Positions 12,868 to 26,465 of a DNA stretch of 64,000 nt are shown here, piece by piece. The notes beneath the pieces were generated by a model. The model was not told the origin of the DNA. It ran no database searches and saw only the letters and a list, made by a program, of their open reading frames with translations. Within the stretch, counting starts at the first letter, position 1, and every line of letters starts with the position of its first letter. Location: the NCBI RefSeq assembly GCF_009914755.1, contig NC_060931.1. One strand, given 5' to 3'. Source of the stretch: the human T2T-CHM13v2.0 reference genome, Homo sapiens. The position numbers and the translations under genes were made by a program.

Positions 12868-15800
12868 TAATTTTTTGCCTTGATGATCTGTCTAGTGCTG
12901 TCAGTGGAGTGTTAAAGTCATCCACTATTATTGTGTGGCTGTCCAAATCTTTTCATAGGTCTAGAAGTACTTGTTTTGTGAATCTTGGTGTGTCAATATT
13001 GGGTAAATATATATTTAGGGTAGTTAAGTCTTCTTGTTGAACACTTTACCATTGTGTAAAGTGCCCTTCTTTGTGTTTTTGTTTGTTTGTTTGCAGTTGT
13101 TGATTTAAAGTCTGTTTTATCTGACATTAGTTTAGTGGCCCCTGCTCTTTTTTGTTTTCTGTTTCCATAAATCTTTCTCCATCCCTTTACATGTAATTAC
13201 ATGTGAGATGGTTCTCTTGAAGAAAAAGACGGTTGGGTCTTGTTTTTTTTTAATCCAATTTGCTATTCTATGCCTTTAAAGTGGGGCATTTGGACTGTTT
13301 ACATTGAAGGTTAATATTGATATGTGAGGTTTTGATTCTTTCTTGATATTGTTAGCTGGTTGCTTTGTAGTTTCAATTGTGTGGTTGCTTCATGGGGTCT
13401 GTGAGCTATGTACTATGTGAGTTTCTGTGGTAGTGAGTATTGTTTTGTTTCCATATTTAGCACTCCCTTAAGGATCTCTTGTAAGGCTGGTCTAGTGGCA
13501 ACAAATTCGCTTAGTGTTTGCCTGTTTGGAAAAGGTTTTATTTGTCTTGTGCTCATGAATGTTAGTTTGGCAGGATATGAAATTCTTGACTGGAATTTTT
13601 TTTCTTTAACGATGTTGAAAATAGGCCCCTAATCTGTTCTGGCTTGTAAGGTTTCTGCTGAGAATTATGCCGTTAGCATTATTGGGTTCGTTTTGTAAAT
13701 GATTTGACCCTTTTCTCTAGCTGCCTTTAAGATTTTTTGTGTATGTGTTGACCTTGGAAAGTCTGATAACTATATCTTGTGAATGGTGGTCTTGTATAAT
13801 ATCTTGCAGAGGTTCCTTGAATTTCTAGAATTTGCACATCAACCTCTTTAGCAAGATTGGGGAAAATTTTCCTAGACTATAGCCTCAAATATGTTTTCCA
13901 AGTTGCTTCCTCTCTCTCCTCTCCCAGGAATGCCAATCAGTCATAGGTTTAGTCTGTTTACATAATCCCATATTTCTTGGATGTTTTGTTCATTTTTTAA
14001 CATCTTTTTTTTTCTTTATTTATATTTGACTGGGTTGATTCAAAGAACCAGTCTTTTAGCTCGAAAATTCTTTTCTCAGCTTGGTCTAGTCTTGTTAAGG
14101 CTTCCAAATATATTTTTGAAATTCCTGTCATAAATTTGTAAATTTCAGAAGTTCAGTTCAGTTGTTTGTTTAAATGGCTATGTTGTCTTTCAACTCTTGG
14201 ATCATTTTTCTGGCTTCCCTGGATTAGGTTTCAACTTTCTTTTGAATCTTGTTGAGTTTCTTTGCCATTCAAATTTTGAATTCAATATCTGTCATTTCGG
14301 ACATTTCAATTTGTTTAATATCCATTGCTTAGGAGCTAGTACAATTTTATGGAGGTAAGCAAACACTCTGACTTTTTGAATTGCTGGAATTTTTGAACTG
14401 ATTGCTTCCCATCTGAGAGGGCTGGTGTCCCCTTATCTTTTTGAAGTTGCTGTCATTTGTAACAGACTTTTAGTTTTTATGTTCTTTTTTCCCTTGAGAG
14501 TTTGACTGTATTGTATGTGTATATAGTCTATTGACTTCATTTCTGGGTGTTTTCAGAGTATCAAGACTCTATACAGTTTTCTTAATTGTGGCTACTCTCC
14601 TGCATTGGATTTCATAGGCAGTGTGTGCTAATGGAATTTATTTTTGTTTGGTAGTGTAATTCTGGTTATGATTAAGATTAAGATTAAGGGCCGTCAGATA
14701 GGCTGTCATTCAGCCATGTGCCTCATTTGTATTTCAGTGCTTACACAGCTGTACTCTGGGGAAGGAGGAAGGGAGTCTGTTCCTGAGCCTTGGGTGAGCC
14801 TCCACCAATCACTGGCAACATGCTCATGTTTCATCAGCCCTATGGGGGGCTCTGGAATGTTGCACTCCCCCCTTCCATAGGGGCAGCCCCAGCCAACGCT
14901 TAGGTCACCAGAAGGCCCAGGACTCCCCAGGGACCCTCTGGTCCTCTGAGCTTGGCAGAGTCAGAGTAGGTTGTGGTGAATATCTGCAGGTGGTCTGGTG
15001 ATACTGTGGGCCAAGGGCAGAGGATCTCCAGGAAGGGCAGTGGTACCGTGGATGTGTAGCTGGTGTGGTATCTGCAGCCTGAGATTTTTTTTGCCCAGAA
15101 GACTGCACTGGGGACTGCCCAGCTCAAACTCCCCAAACTAAGTCTTCCTCCAGTATCTACCCCACGAGTAAGCCAGACCAGCTAGTTTCATCCCCAGCCT
15201 TCTGTGTCCAGATCACAGTGGAGCTGTTCCAGGCATTACAGGCTGCAGTGCTTTATCAGGAAGAAGCTGCAGCTGGCTGACAGGCTATATCCTCCCCAGA
15301 TCAGTCTTCTGGAAGGGGGTGGTGTCCAGCTCCCATGCCAGTGCATGAACTTGTGCCTCACTCTTAGTGTGCTGAGAGTGGGCACTGCTCTTCCACTCGA
15401 GGCCACAGATTTCATCTCACCCCTGGGCAGTGTGCTCAAATGCTGGGAGTTTGGGTCTAGGCCTGTGGCTTTGTCCTCCATCCCCTCAAGAGCAAGCACT
15501 GGCTGTACTGGCTGTACTGCAGGGGGAGGGACAAAGTGTTCTCAGGCCACTGGCTAAACACTCAGCAGTGCCAGGAGAGGTGGTGCTATGTGCACCCTCT
15601 TTGGAAGTGGCCAGGCAGGGGTCTTGAGAGGTGCTGGTGGAAAAGGGGACCCACAGATTAGATGTGCCCCAGTCCCACAGGAATGGAGCAGCCCTGCTCC
15701 CTCCCAGCCTGGCTGTCCTCAGGAGCTATAGTCACTCACAGCACAATGGAAAACCTTGAAGGATGGGTGCCTGTGGTCACGTTTTGCTTTGGCTGCCCTG

Positions 15801-17060
15801 CACACAAAACCTTCTGGCCTCTGTGCATGTTCGAGCTCTGCCTATGCCTACTTTCTGGGCAGTCCCCCCTGCTAATTCAAATCTCTATGGAGGTTTGTAG
15901 GGTATCCTGTAGCTAGGATCCTGGAAGTCCATGGTGGGAGTGTGGTACCCTGGAGTTCTTTCATTCACCCCTTACTTAGAACCTGTTCAGGACCTGGAGC
16001 TAGTCCTGGCACTTGGTGACTCCATGAAGGGTTCCTAGATTTCTCCCTCTTCAAATTCAGTATCCGTGTCACTTCTTGACTTTGACTGTGTTATCTCAAA
16101 AGATCTGTTTGAGTGTAATGATTTACTTGATATTTTGGTTTCTCAAAGTGGGAGAGGCTTTCTTGGCTGTGTCTAGTCAGCCAGCTACTTTTTAATATAT
16201 TTTAACAAGCAAGTTAAAATCCTAATAAAAGTTTTTTTACTTGGGAGAATTTTAAACAAGTTAGAAAATACTGTATTCAAGTTATTTAGTGTGAAAATAT
16301 TAGTATTTTTGTAGTTTTCACATGTCATTTTGGCAACAAAGCCACATACAGTGAAAATATTTCCAAATAACTGTTCACAAAATGCAGTTTATTTCTCACA
16401 TTTTACATAACTTACAGACACAGATTAAAACAAGTTTTTAAAATTTAAAAATGTCTGCTACATATGTGACTGATGGTCCACATATCATAGCAGAAAAAGT
16501 GACGTAATTTCAAAACAAAAGACAGGATCGTGTAAAAGGAAGATTACTACCTCATCTTCATGTCCTAAGCCTCTTCCCAGTAGTTTGTCATGAAGAAACC
16601 TTTGAACCTTTGCATGGTTAAAATAAAAATATCTTCATGACCTTTTCCTATCATATTACAATGTGAAGTAAACAGAGCAATATATTTAGAAGCCTTGATT
16701 TTATTAAATTAATATTTTATACTACATTGTGCTCTTCTGTTGTCTTCAGCTTCTGTACATCAATACCTTGACTCATGTGACATGGCCTAACTGGCTGTTC
16801 ACTACATAAGTGTGCTATTCTATTAATGAAAATAGTGAGATTAACTATTCAAACCTCTATAAGAGTTTGTTAATTGCCTTTTTGTGACTGAGTCCTAGCC
16901 AATGAATCTGCCCAGAAATGACTTGCTTGACTTCCAGATATGGCTTATAGAAACCTGTCAATCTCAGCATTTCTCTTCTTACTGGGCCACTGATGGTAAA
17001 ATGGAAAATCACATATAGAAAACGGGGTAGGGGGGCAAAAGTTGATAAAAGACTTCATTT

Positions 17061-17528
17061 TGCCACTAGACAGAATAATGCCCATCCCCTTTAAATGACG
17101 TTCACATTCTAATTTTTAGAACCTGTGAATATGTCAGGTTGCATGAGAAAGCAGAGTAAAGGTTGCAGAGGCACTCAAGATTGCTAATTCACTGATATTG
17201 TGCTGTGGAGATTGTCCTGGATTATCTAATTGGATCCAATTTAATCATGAGAGTGAGTAAGAAAGACTCAACAAGCCACTGATGGCCTTGATGATGGAAC
17301 AGAGGCCACAATTCAAGAAATGTAGGCAGCCTCTCGAAGCTAAAAAAGGCAATGACCATTTCCCCTGAAGACTTCAGAGGGAATATAGCCCTGCTGACAC
17401 AGTGATTTTAACCCATTGAGACCTATTTTGGGCTTTTGACCTCTACAACTGTAAGCTAACAAATCTGTGTCATTAGAAGTTACTAAGTATGCAGTAATTT
17501 TTTAGAGCAGCCATAGGAATCTAACACA
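17061..17528 (+). mobile_element. MaLR solo LTR, MLT1D-like
   Basis: 'agacagaataatg...agaacctgtgaatatgt...agccctgctgacac...gcagccataggaatctaacaca'. Confidence 0.85.
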
Positions 17529-19046
17529 ACCACACACTTTGTATCTACTCTCCACTTTTGTATACACCAATACATTTGGGAGTCATTTTAATACTTCAAC
17601 TAAATTAGAAAATGATACTTTGTGGTGTGTTTCTGCTTTTGCATAGAACTAAAGTCTTGGGCATTGTCTTAACAAATCTACATTTAGCATTGAGCTCAAA
17701 TGTCTTCATAGGCTGGAACCTCAATGATCAATGTGCAGTGGAAGCATATTTGGTTGAGCTGTAGCCAGCGATAACTTGGCAAGTGGACCATATGCCTGAT
17801 CAACCTGCAGCCTTAAGTGAAGGGGTGGGAAAGAGCCAGTGCATGCGCTTTGACTATTGTTAGGTGCCCTTAGCATAGAATTGTAAAAAAGAAAAAGTTT
17901 AGACAAAAATAGATGGCATGCCAAGCAGAGATCAAAGAAAATAAAGAGTCCAAAGATCAAGGGGCTATACATTGGAAAGGTTGACTGTTTCTGGAATCCT
18001 ATTCATAAGATAAAGACTAAACAAGGCTTTGAGTGACAGGAAAGAAAATCTTGGTTTAAAAAACTGAACCTTATAGCAGAGATTAGAATATGGGTGTGTT
18101 ATTTCCTTTCAAGTCTATTTTTTAGATGCCTTTAGGGTGAATACTACTTAGGATAAAGAGAGACAGAGATAGCGATGAACAGATAGAGAAAGAGAAGGGC
18201 AGAGGAAAGTAGATCTGAGGCTATGTTTAGAAAAAACAAAAGCAAAAATAGTAGTTATGTTTACTGGCACATAAAATTAAAACCAACTACAAGCAAATTA
18301 ATCAGAAACTCACAAAGTGCTTGAGAAAATTGTATTGCTAAATAATCCTCATTCCTGTGGACATGAACTTAAAAAAAAAAGAATCCAGGAGCCTCTACAC
18401 AAATAAAGCAAGCAAAATAATTTATTATTTGAGGTTCAAAACAACACCGCATCCTCTCTCCACCACAAGGAAGTGGGTTGTGAAAGCCTTGCAGCCCCAA
18501 GTCAGGGCACCCTCCTTGCTGCCCCTTCAGATGAGCCCATGTAGGATAACTGGCTGAAGGAGAACTTCCCAGGGAGGGGAGCCAAGAGGACAGTGGACAC
18601 GAGGGTTCCTTCAGAAGACAGAACCAGAGTCTTGTCAGGGACTTTTCCCATTCTCAGGACAGTGCCTTCCTCATAACTGCCCTGCAGGAAATTATAATTA
18701 TGCCAACTGTAAATGCCGTAATGCTGTCTCTGATTTTTTTCCTTTTACAATGGAATCTTCATTCGGATTCCTCTCCCTGCTACACCAATGTTTTGGTGTA
18801 CATTGGTTCACAGATCATCACACCATGAGGACCTGCATTGGGAACAGTAGAGAAGAGTCTACAACACCTGGAAATTCTAGATCTTAAGCTCCATGCAGCG
18901 ATTGGATATAACTGTGTACTCTCTCACATGGGGAAAGGATGGGAGATTTCTGTGTGTGGTAAGAGGGCAAACATAAGTAGTTGGGGATGCATGAGGTAGA
19001 TTAGGACATTGCATAGATGTTTGCAAAGGCATTTACTCTTTTATCA

Positions 19047-19365
19047 TTTTTTTTTTGAGACCGAGTCTTGCTCTGTTACCCAGGCTGGAGTGCAGTGGCA
19101 CCATCTCAGCTCACTGCAACCTCCACCTCCCAGGGTTCAAGTGATTCTCCTGCCTCAGCCTCCTGAGTTTGACCCCCAAAATGACCCCCTGAATAGCCGG
19201 GACTACAGGCACCCACCATTATGCCCAGCTGATTTTCGTATTTTTAGTAGAGACAGGGTTTCACCATATTGGCCAGGATGGTCTCAAACTCCTGACCTCA
19301 GGCAATCCACCTGCTTTGGCCTCCCAAAGTGCTGGGGTAGCAAGTGTAAGCCACCGTGCCCGGCC
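19047..19365 (-). mobile_element. Alu SINE (AluSx/Sz-like) with a short internal insertion
   Basis: Duplication tactcttttatc at 19034-19045 and 19366-19377. Confidence 0.96.
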
Positions 19366-20906
19366 TACTCTTTTATCTTGGTCAGCTAGAGTCATGTCCT
19401 GACCACTTTTGCAGTTAGGTATGGATTTGGACTGGGTTTAACAAGAATTGATGCTGTGATCACTTCCATGTTTCCTTCTTTTTTTTTTGTCTTAATGCTC
19501 TTGAGCACAGAAATATTAGATGTCACATATGGGAGATGGCAGATCCGCATGATGGAAATTAACTGGATTCTGTAGTTACTCTACAGAAGGCTGACTGTTG
19601 ACCAAAAGGACCTATAATGGACTTATAAATGAATTAAAAAAAACTGATATGATGTAATGGGGTTCAGCCACTGAAATTTTGGTGTTTCTTTGTTATAATC
19701 AGCCAGCATTTCTTAAACCAATATATCCTTAAATGTGGGAATAAAAACATTTTTTATCTGATGCCATCCTTACAATCTTAGCCTGAAATTATTATAATTT
19801 TTTTCTATTTAAATATTTTTTGGTTTCATTTTGGCCAAAGCAGTTGTTCCATGATAAACTAACATCACATGTGTTTAACATGATTTAACAATTGGAGTAT
19901 TTTCTGTTTTATTTTTTGGCATAGCTTTGATACTAAGTTTTTATATGTCTTGGTAATCATGCTGAATTTATCCTACTATTAGCAAGTAAGTCCAGGGACA
20001 AAGTCAGGAAGGCTCATTGTTAATTAAAGCAGTATGAAGTAATGGTCCATAAATGTGGTTATAAATACATGTACTATATTTGTTAAATTTATGAAATTTA
20101 TAGACATTTCCTATACACCAAAAATCTCAAGAGGTTGACATGAACAAAAACATTAATTTAGTTGTGGGAAAAGGAAAGCAAAAGTAAGTTTACCAGAGAA
20201 AGATCTTAACTGCAGAATCCATTTCTGCTATCTTTGCCTCTATTCTATTTCTGTTTATTTTTATGTAAAATTCTGTCCTTGAAATCTTAGTATTTAATTT
20301 ACTTTGTGTTAGTAATAATTTATGTTTATAATAAATAAGTAAAGCTTGATTGTCAGAGTTAGATTTCTTGACATTTGTGTTTTTATGTCTCATCTGTGGT
20401 TGTAACAGACATCTGGTGTGCAGAAACTAAACATGGTGTGACCCAATCAATTCAGTGGCTACTAGTGAACATTAGAGTATTGAGGTCCCATGGAATCATG
20501 GAGATTATATCTACCCCAAGTGCAAATGTTTTCTTATGAGAAAGCCAACTAAAATAATTCTCAATTATTGTATTTATGTTGTTAAGAAGGGATGAAATAT
20601 GAAGGAAGGTTGAAAGAGTTTGCAATTAACAATTTGGAGAGAAGACCATCATTATATTACAATGGTTTTCTAACTTTTATAAGACAAGCTGGCTTTATGC
20701 CTTCTACCTTGAAGCCCAGTATGCCCAAGGAAAGGGAAGTCAGTCTCTAATAGAGCTGATACTGCCCACCCTTACAACACAGACAGGATTCAAAGCAACT
20801 GAAAACAATCTGTCTAAGAATACAAATGAAACATAGGAAATATTAAAATCTCTCCAATAAATGCAATGAGAAACATCAAACATATTGATCAAGGTAGTCC
20901 AAAACA

Positions 20907-21080
20907 CAAGACCAGCTACATAATTTGCAGGACCTAATGCAAAATGAAAACGTGAGATCCTTTGTACAAAAATTATTAAGAATATTGACAGTGACAACAT
21001 AGCATTAAACCAAGTGTGAGCCCTTCCAATGACAAAGCCTTGTGATACTGAGCATACCCACATCTATGAAGCTAGTGGGC
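20907..21080 (-). mobile_element. MER45A hAT-Tip100 DNA transposon (MITE)
   Basis: 'accagctacataatttgcaggacc.aatgcaaaatgaaaa...aaaattattaagaat...agcattaaaccaagtgtg' matches the reverse of recalled MER45A. Confidence 0.85.
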
Positions 21081-21119
21081 CAGATTAGGGAAGAGTCAGG
21101 ATTTGAGGTAGCTTCTTAT

Positions 21120-23210
21120 TTATGTGATCATTCTTTAATTCACTTATTCATCTATCACTTGAGAGTTAAGGAAATAACTTCAGCTCTTGTGTAACTTAAA
21201 TTGTATGAAAAATCAGATGATTAAAAAATGTATAATATATCTGGTGGTGATAAGAACCAAAAGAAAATTAAGCAGTGTGAAGGGATAGAAAGATGATGTT
21301 CGCTGGCTGTATTTTGGAAACTGTGTCCTAGAAAGTCTTTCCTCTAGGTGAGATTTGAGTGGAGACTCAGGTGAACGGACAGGTCAAGCTAGATGTCTAT
21401 CTGTGGATAGAGACCTCCAGGTAGAGGGAAAAGTAAGATCCACTTTTCTGAGTGGTGTCCTTTTTTGAGTCTTTCAGGAACAGCAAGGTGAGGACATGAC
21501 CAAATGGGGAACAGCAGGAGAGGAAGGTGAAGTGATATTGGCAGAGGAGGGGACATGGAGACCATATGGGGGTTTGAATTTTCTAATGAGTAACTCATAC
21601 AGGAGGGTTTTGTGCAGAGAAATGCCATGATCTGCCTTATAACCTGAAGACTGATTTGGCTAATGAGTGGAGAAGAGCCCAGAGTAGGGCAAGTTCTTAC
21701 CGAAGCAAACTGGGGTCTGCTCGCCTGGTGCAGTAAAACCAAACATCCACACAGAGGTCTGCAGTGGGAGAAAGGCATTCATTTATTTGCAAGACTCCAA
21801 GCAAAGACAATTACACAGCTCATATTTAAGACTTGACCTCCACACTAGCTCACAGGTTAGGATTTTTAAAGGCAGGGCTAAATTTCAGGAAAGCAGAAGC
21901 AAGATGCAAAATTGTAAATCAATACATGGTGATTAAACATTGATTTTGGCCTAAAAGGGCAAGATATCTTGAAGCAGGGTGTTACAGGTTATAGATAGAT
22001 TCAAAGATTTTCTGATTTGCAATTGGTTAAGGAAGACAAACTTTATTTAAAAATTTGGGGTCAGCAGAAAGATAATTTTAGCTCTGGCTCATGGATGTTA
22101 CTTCCTTCTGGCCCCTCAGGAAGAAATTTAGAACAAAGAACAACGGTCAGAGTTCAGGTCTCAGCTCCCCCTTTCAGAGGTCTACATGCCAGTGGGTTCA
22201 TTTGATGGGTGTCCAGGTTTCTGAAAAACAGCTCAGAGACCCATGTTAAGATGTTATCTTTAGTTTCTATAGGTAAACAAACATTTTGTGGCTCTGCTTT
22301 AAGCTATTATTAACTTCTTGCTTATCAAGTTGTTTATATACTTCTCAAGGTTGGATAGATGCTTTGAATTTCCCTTGAAGGAACTCAAGATTTTCCTTTA
22401 TTTCATGCCTGTGCGGGATTGGGGGGCCAGGGGTGAGGCAGGCCCCTAAGGGAGATCCTTGCTTCATCCCAATGCGTGGAAGCAGGAATAAAAATAGAAA
22501 GCTTAGGTAATAGTACAGGAGAAGAATGTGGCTTGAACTAGGAGAGTAGGGGTATTGATAAAAAGAAAGAATTTGGTTCTGAGCATATTTCAATGATAGA
22601 AATCAGGATTTCCTGATTGTTTGGATGTGGAGTATAAAAATAAGCCAGGAGGTTTAAAGTGTTGGACATCCGCAACTATAGAATGGAATTACCTTTTTCA
22701 GAAATGACCTTACAATTTTCTAAAGAGTAATAGGAAAAGAAGTTAAGAATTTTGTTTTGGGTAAATTGGTTTTGAGATGTCTCATAAATTTGCAAACGAA
22801 AATGTTATACATAGATTTAGAAAATAATGTTTAAGTTGTGGGAAGAGTTTGTGACTGGTGGAGGGACCGTGGAGAATTTAGGGCCTAGATATTGAAGTGA
22901 TAACAAAGAACTGGATATAACCAGAGAAGAGAAAGAGGTAGGGAGACTGAACCCTGGGAAATACTAATTGGCATCAGATTGATCAAGGCAATCAGCAAAG
23001 AACAAGATTTAAAAATGCCCAGTAAAATAGGTGGAGGAAAATAAAAAGAGTGGTGTTCCAGCTGTCAAGTGAAGCAAAACTTTCAAGTAGGAAAAACTGA
23101 TCCACTGTCAAATGCCGCTGGTGGAGTGAATGAGATGAAGGCTAAGAAATCTTCATATTGTTTTGCAATACGAGTCCCATGGGCAACCTTGATTGATGAC
23201 TCATTTAGGT
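21120..23210 (-). mobile_element. L2a LINE relic, interrupted by LTR39
   Basis: Purine-rich antisense L2 motifs 'tggtggtgataag', 'ccaggtagagggaaaag', 'gagactgaaccctgggaaatac', 'ctgtcaaatgccgctg'. Confidence 0.75.
21695..22466 (-). mobile_element. ERV1 solo LTR, LTR39-like (MER4 group)
   Basis: 'ttcccttgaaggaactcaagattttcctttatttc', 'gttaagatgttatctttagtttctatag' and 'gattcaaagattttctgatt'. Confidence 0.8.
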
Positions 23211-23384
23211 AATAAGGTAGTAAGAGAAAAGCAGAAGACATTGCACAAAGATATGCAATTAGAATGAGCAGAGGATAAAGTGTATAGGTTTATAGTGTGT
23301 AATCTCAAAGAAGAAAGTTGAGGAAATTGCCAATATAAAATATATAACCAACGGAAAGAATTAAGATAATATAATTTCTAATGT

Positions 23385-23510
23385 GCATATGGCTTATGAG
23401 TATTGGCTTATGCTAGATGCTGTGTGTGTAGCACACATAGCCCCAAAAGAAGTTAAGTAACATTATCCCCATTTTTCAGATAAGATACTAAGTCCTGAAA
23501 GGCTTTCCCC
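23385..23510 (-). mobile_element. MIR SINE fragment
   Basis: 'cattatccccatttttcagataagatactaag'. Confidence 0.65.
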
Positions 23511-24739
23511 CACGCCTGAGGTATTGGGGCTGTTATTAGCACTGTAGTCATGTTCCGCGCCCTTGTAGTTTCCACTTGCAAGCCCAAGGCCATCATAACA
23601 CATGATCACATTGTAAAATAAACATTTCTCAGAATCATATCTTCATGCTTTTCCATTACCTCAATCACACAAATATCTGTTGAATTTGGAATATTTAAAG
23701 AAGCATTAGGAAACTGGAATTGAGAGAGAGAAATAAAGCATAGTGGTAGACATGCATTAAAAATAAAAAGACTTTTGAAAGATGTAATCTTGGGACAAAC
23801 AGCAGAAGGTGAAAGTGAGTCTCCAAGTTGACTGCCCTTATCATCAAGGAAGAGGGCACAGAATTCAGAGAGCTGGAAGGAAGGATGTGAAATCCTGTGG
23901 TCTCCCCTGTCCTGACACATCAGATGTGCTCCAGAAGAAAGTGGGAAGACCAGGGGTATAACCATGATACCCAATAGCATTTGAGAAGGTTAAATGGAGA
24001 TGATGAGGCATTGGGATTATTCTGTCTTCAGAACTAATAATGGATGTGGAAAATGGAAATGAGTGGGTAGAGTGACTGTTAAAACCATAAAGGTACAGTT
24101 TTTATAGCTATGGGCAAGAATATGTCAGTGGAGAATTGGTTTCAGTTGCTTCCCTGATGGTTTTTTAGCTAAATATCTTAGAGACCTACAAGGCACAATC
24201 TGTTAGCAACTAACAACACTGAATTATTAGTAAATTTTCACTAGCTTGGTCCTGGTGGAGGTAGCTACTAGAAGTCAATCTAAGCAAATAACAGGAAACA
24301 AAAAACACAGAACAAAATTGTAAGTGATTTCAGATGATGGCTCCAAGGTTCTGGATTTCTAGTCCCCACAGCAAGAGTGAACTGACTTTAGATGAGCTCA
24401 GATCCTTTGGTTTTACATTCACGGGAAATAAAACCCCTACATTAAGCTCATGATTCTTGGGATGGGGGTTAATTGGATGAGACTAAACAAATTCTATATA
24501 ATTTTGGAAGGTGCTAAAAGTTAAAATATAAATAATGTATCTTATGCTGTCTACAATTATAACTCTTCACACAAATATTGCTGCTGCAAACTTTTTTTCA
24601 TCAAATGGATACTGCCTTGTGATGCTGTGTCAACAACTGGGATTTTGTATGAAATTCACATTGAAGTTGAACTTGCACCTACAGAGACCTGTCAATCTCT
24701 CCACACTTCATTTCTTGTCATTATATTCTGCCCACATTG

Positions 24740-25048
<309 letters not shown>

Positions 25049-25215
25049 GTCTTTGATGGCTCATTTTCTTCCTATTCCTTTGCATTGCACCATCTGGAAT
25101 CCCTGTATCACTGCAAATAAATTGTCCAGCATTGCTGACTCTTAAAAGCATCCTTTTCAGGGAGCAACTCAGCCTGTGGAAGCAGAGAGGGTCTGGATTT
25201 GCAATTATATATGTG

Positions 25216-25259
25216 GTGTAATTAACCCCACGTGGTGTGTAATTAACCCCACGTGGTGT
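25216..25259. repeat. Perfect 21-bp tandem duplication (gtgtaattaaccccacgtggt x2.1)
   Basis: Read directly: 44 bp with period 21 and no mismatch. Confidence 0.95.
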
Positions 25260-26299
25260 CTCTCCTCCTCCCACCTTTCCTGCAAACTCAACATTAACGC
25301 TATGCACTGTGTATGTTGCTCCTGTGACTGTAGTGGGCATAGAAAGTTGGCTGAGAGCTATTTCACTCTACCCCTTCCAACCTTCACGCATGGCTCATTT
25401 TACTTCTTTGTCTTAATGAAAGTGTAATCCTTCGCCCCACACACCCAAATAATTCCTGTAGTTCCCAAGATGGTAGGCTTCTTGTTCTCCTAAGGCCAAA
25501 TGATTATAAAATGCTTTTATGAGGTGATCATTCTTCTACTTCCACCTTTCCCTACCTATTATTATTTCAGTTAAGGGGTGAAATGTATGTGTTGTGTGGT
25601 TCATGTCATCCGCACAAAGCACTGTGCTAATAAGTGTTTTCCCCCATATGTTGACAATGTTGTAACCTAAAGTCTCATTTTTACCCATGCTGGACCTTGC
25701 ATCACCACTTGTTACTTTGGTGCCCAAGGTGATAGCATCTAGAAACCTCAACCTCACAGCTGCTTAATCCCCCCATTTCAGAATCCTTAACTCATCAGAC
25801 CGCAGTCTCACAGCTCTCCAGGACTGGATGATATCACAGCTGGATGTCTGGTGGGAACTGGCCCATAGTAAAACTTTTTACCACCCTTATTTAACTCACT
25901 TCACACAATCCACTGTTCTTTTTCTTCTCCCACTCTCATTCCTGGCTCTTTTCTTCAGCTTCTGAAGGACTTCAAACACCTGATTTTCTTATTTCTCCCA
26001 ATCTTTCACTAACATATGAACTTCATTTTTCATTCTGAAGAAAACGTGGGCTTAAAGATGGGCAACCAATAAAGTGAGAGATTTTCAAGGCAGGTCAAAG
26101 AGAAATAAATATAGAAAGTGTAAGAAGGCAAAGGGGGAACATGATAGGCATTTTCACCATCTGAAACAATATTAGACAGAAAAAGAGGTGATCATTGTTT
26201 CATAAGCCCCTGCAGAGCACTCCCTAACCACAGTTCAGAGATTTGTTTGCACAGACTGTACAGGTATTTTACGAAGTAGAGAAGGATCAATACTGTATT

Positions 26300-26465
26300 T
26301 AAATAATAACTTTCCTTTCCTGAGGACAAGAGTTTACTTGTTGGTTTATTCGTTTGCTTGTTTTGACCACTGATGATCCTTAGCACTAGCATGGTCCCTG
26401 CCCAAAGGAGGCAATAAATAAACACATGTTAATGAATGTATGGATGAAAGAATGCATGAATATGT
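26300..26465 (+). mobile_element. L2 3' end
   Basis: 'ctagcatggtccctgcccaaaggaggcaataaataaac...aatgaatgtatggatgaaagaatg'. Confidence 0.7.

Larger units (their letters stand above)
16845..19725 (+). mobile_element. Ancient MaLR element (MLT1I/J/K-like): LTR fragment, internal region and 3' LTR
   Basis: LTR-like 'tgtgactgagtcctagccaatgaat'; MaLR-internal 3' end 'ctagatcttaagctccatgcagcgattgga...ggggaaaggatgggag..tgtgtgtggtaagagggc'; LTR end 'agccactgaaattttggtgtttctttgtta'. Confidence 0.6.

Noticed and set aside
25216-25259. CRISPR-like or larger repeat array
   Set aside because: Only two adjacent copies with no spacers, in eukaryotic DNA; no repeat-spacer array appears anywhere in the window.
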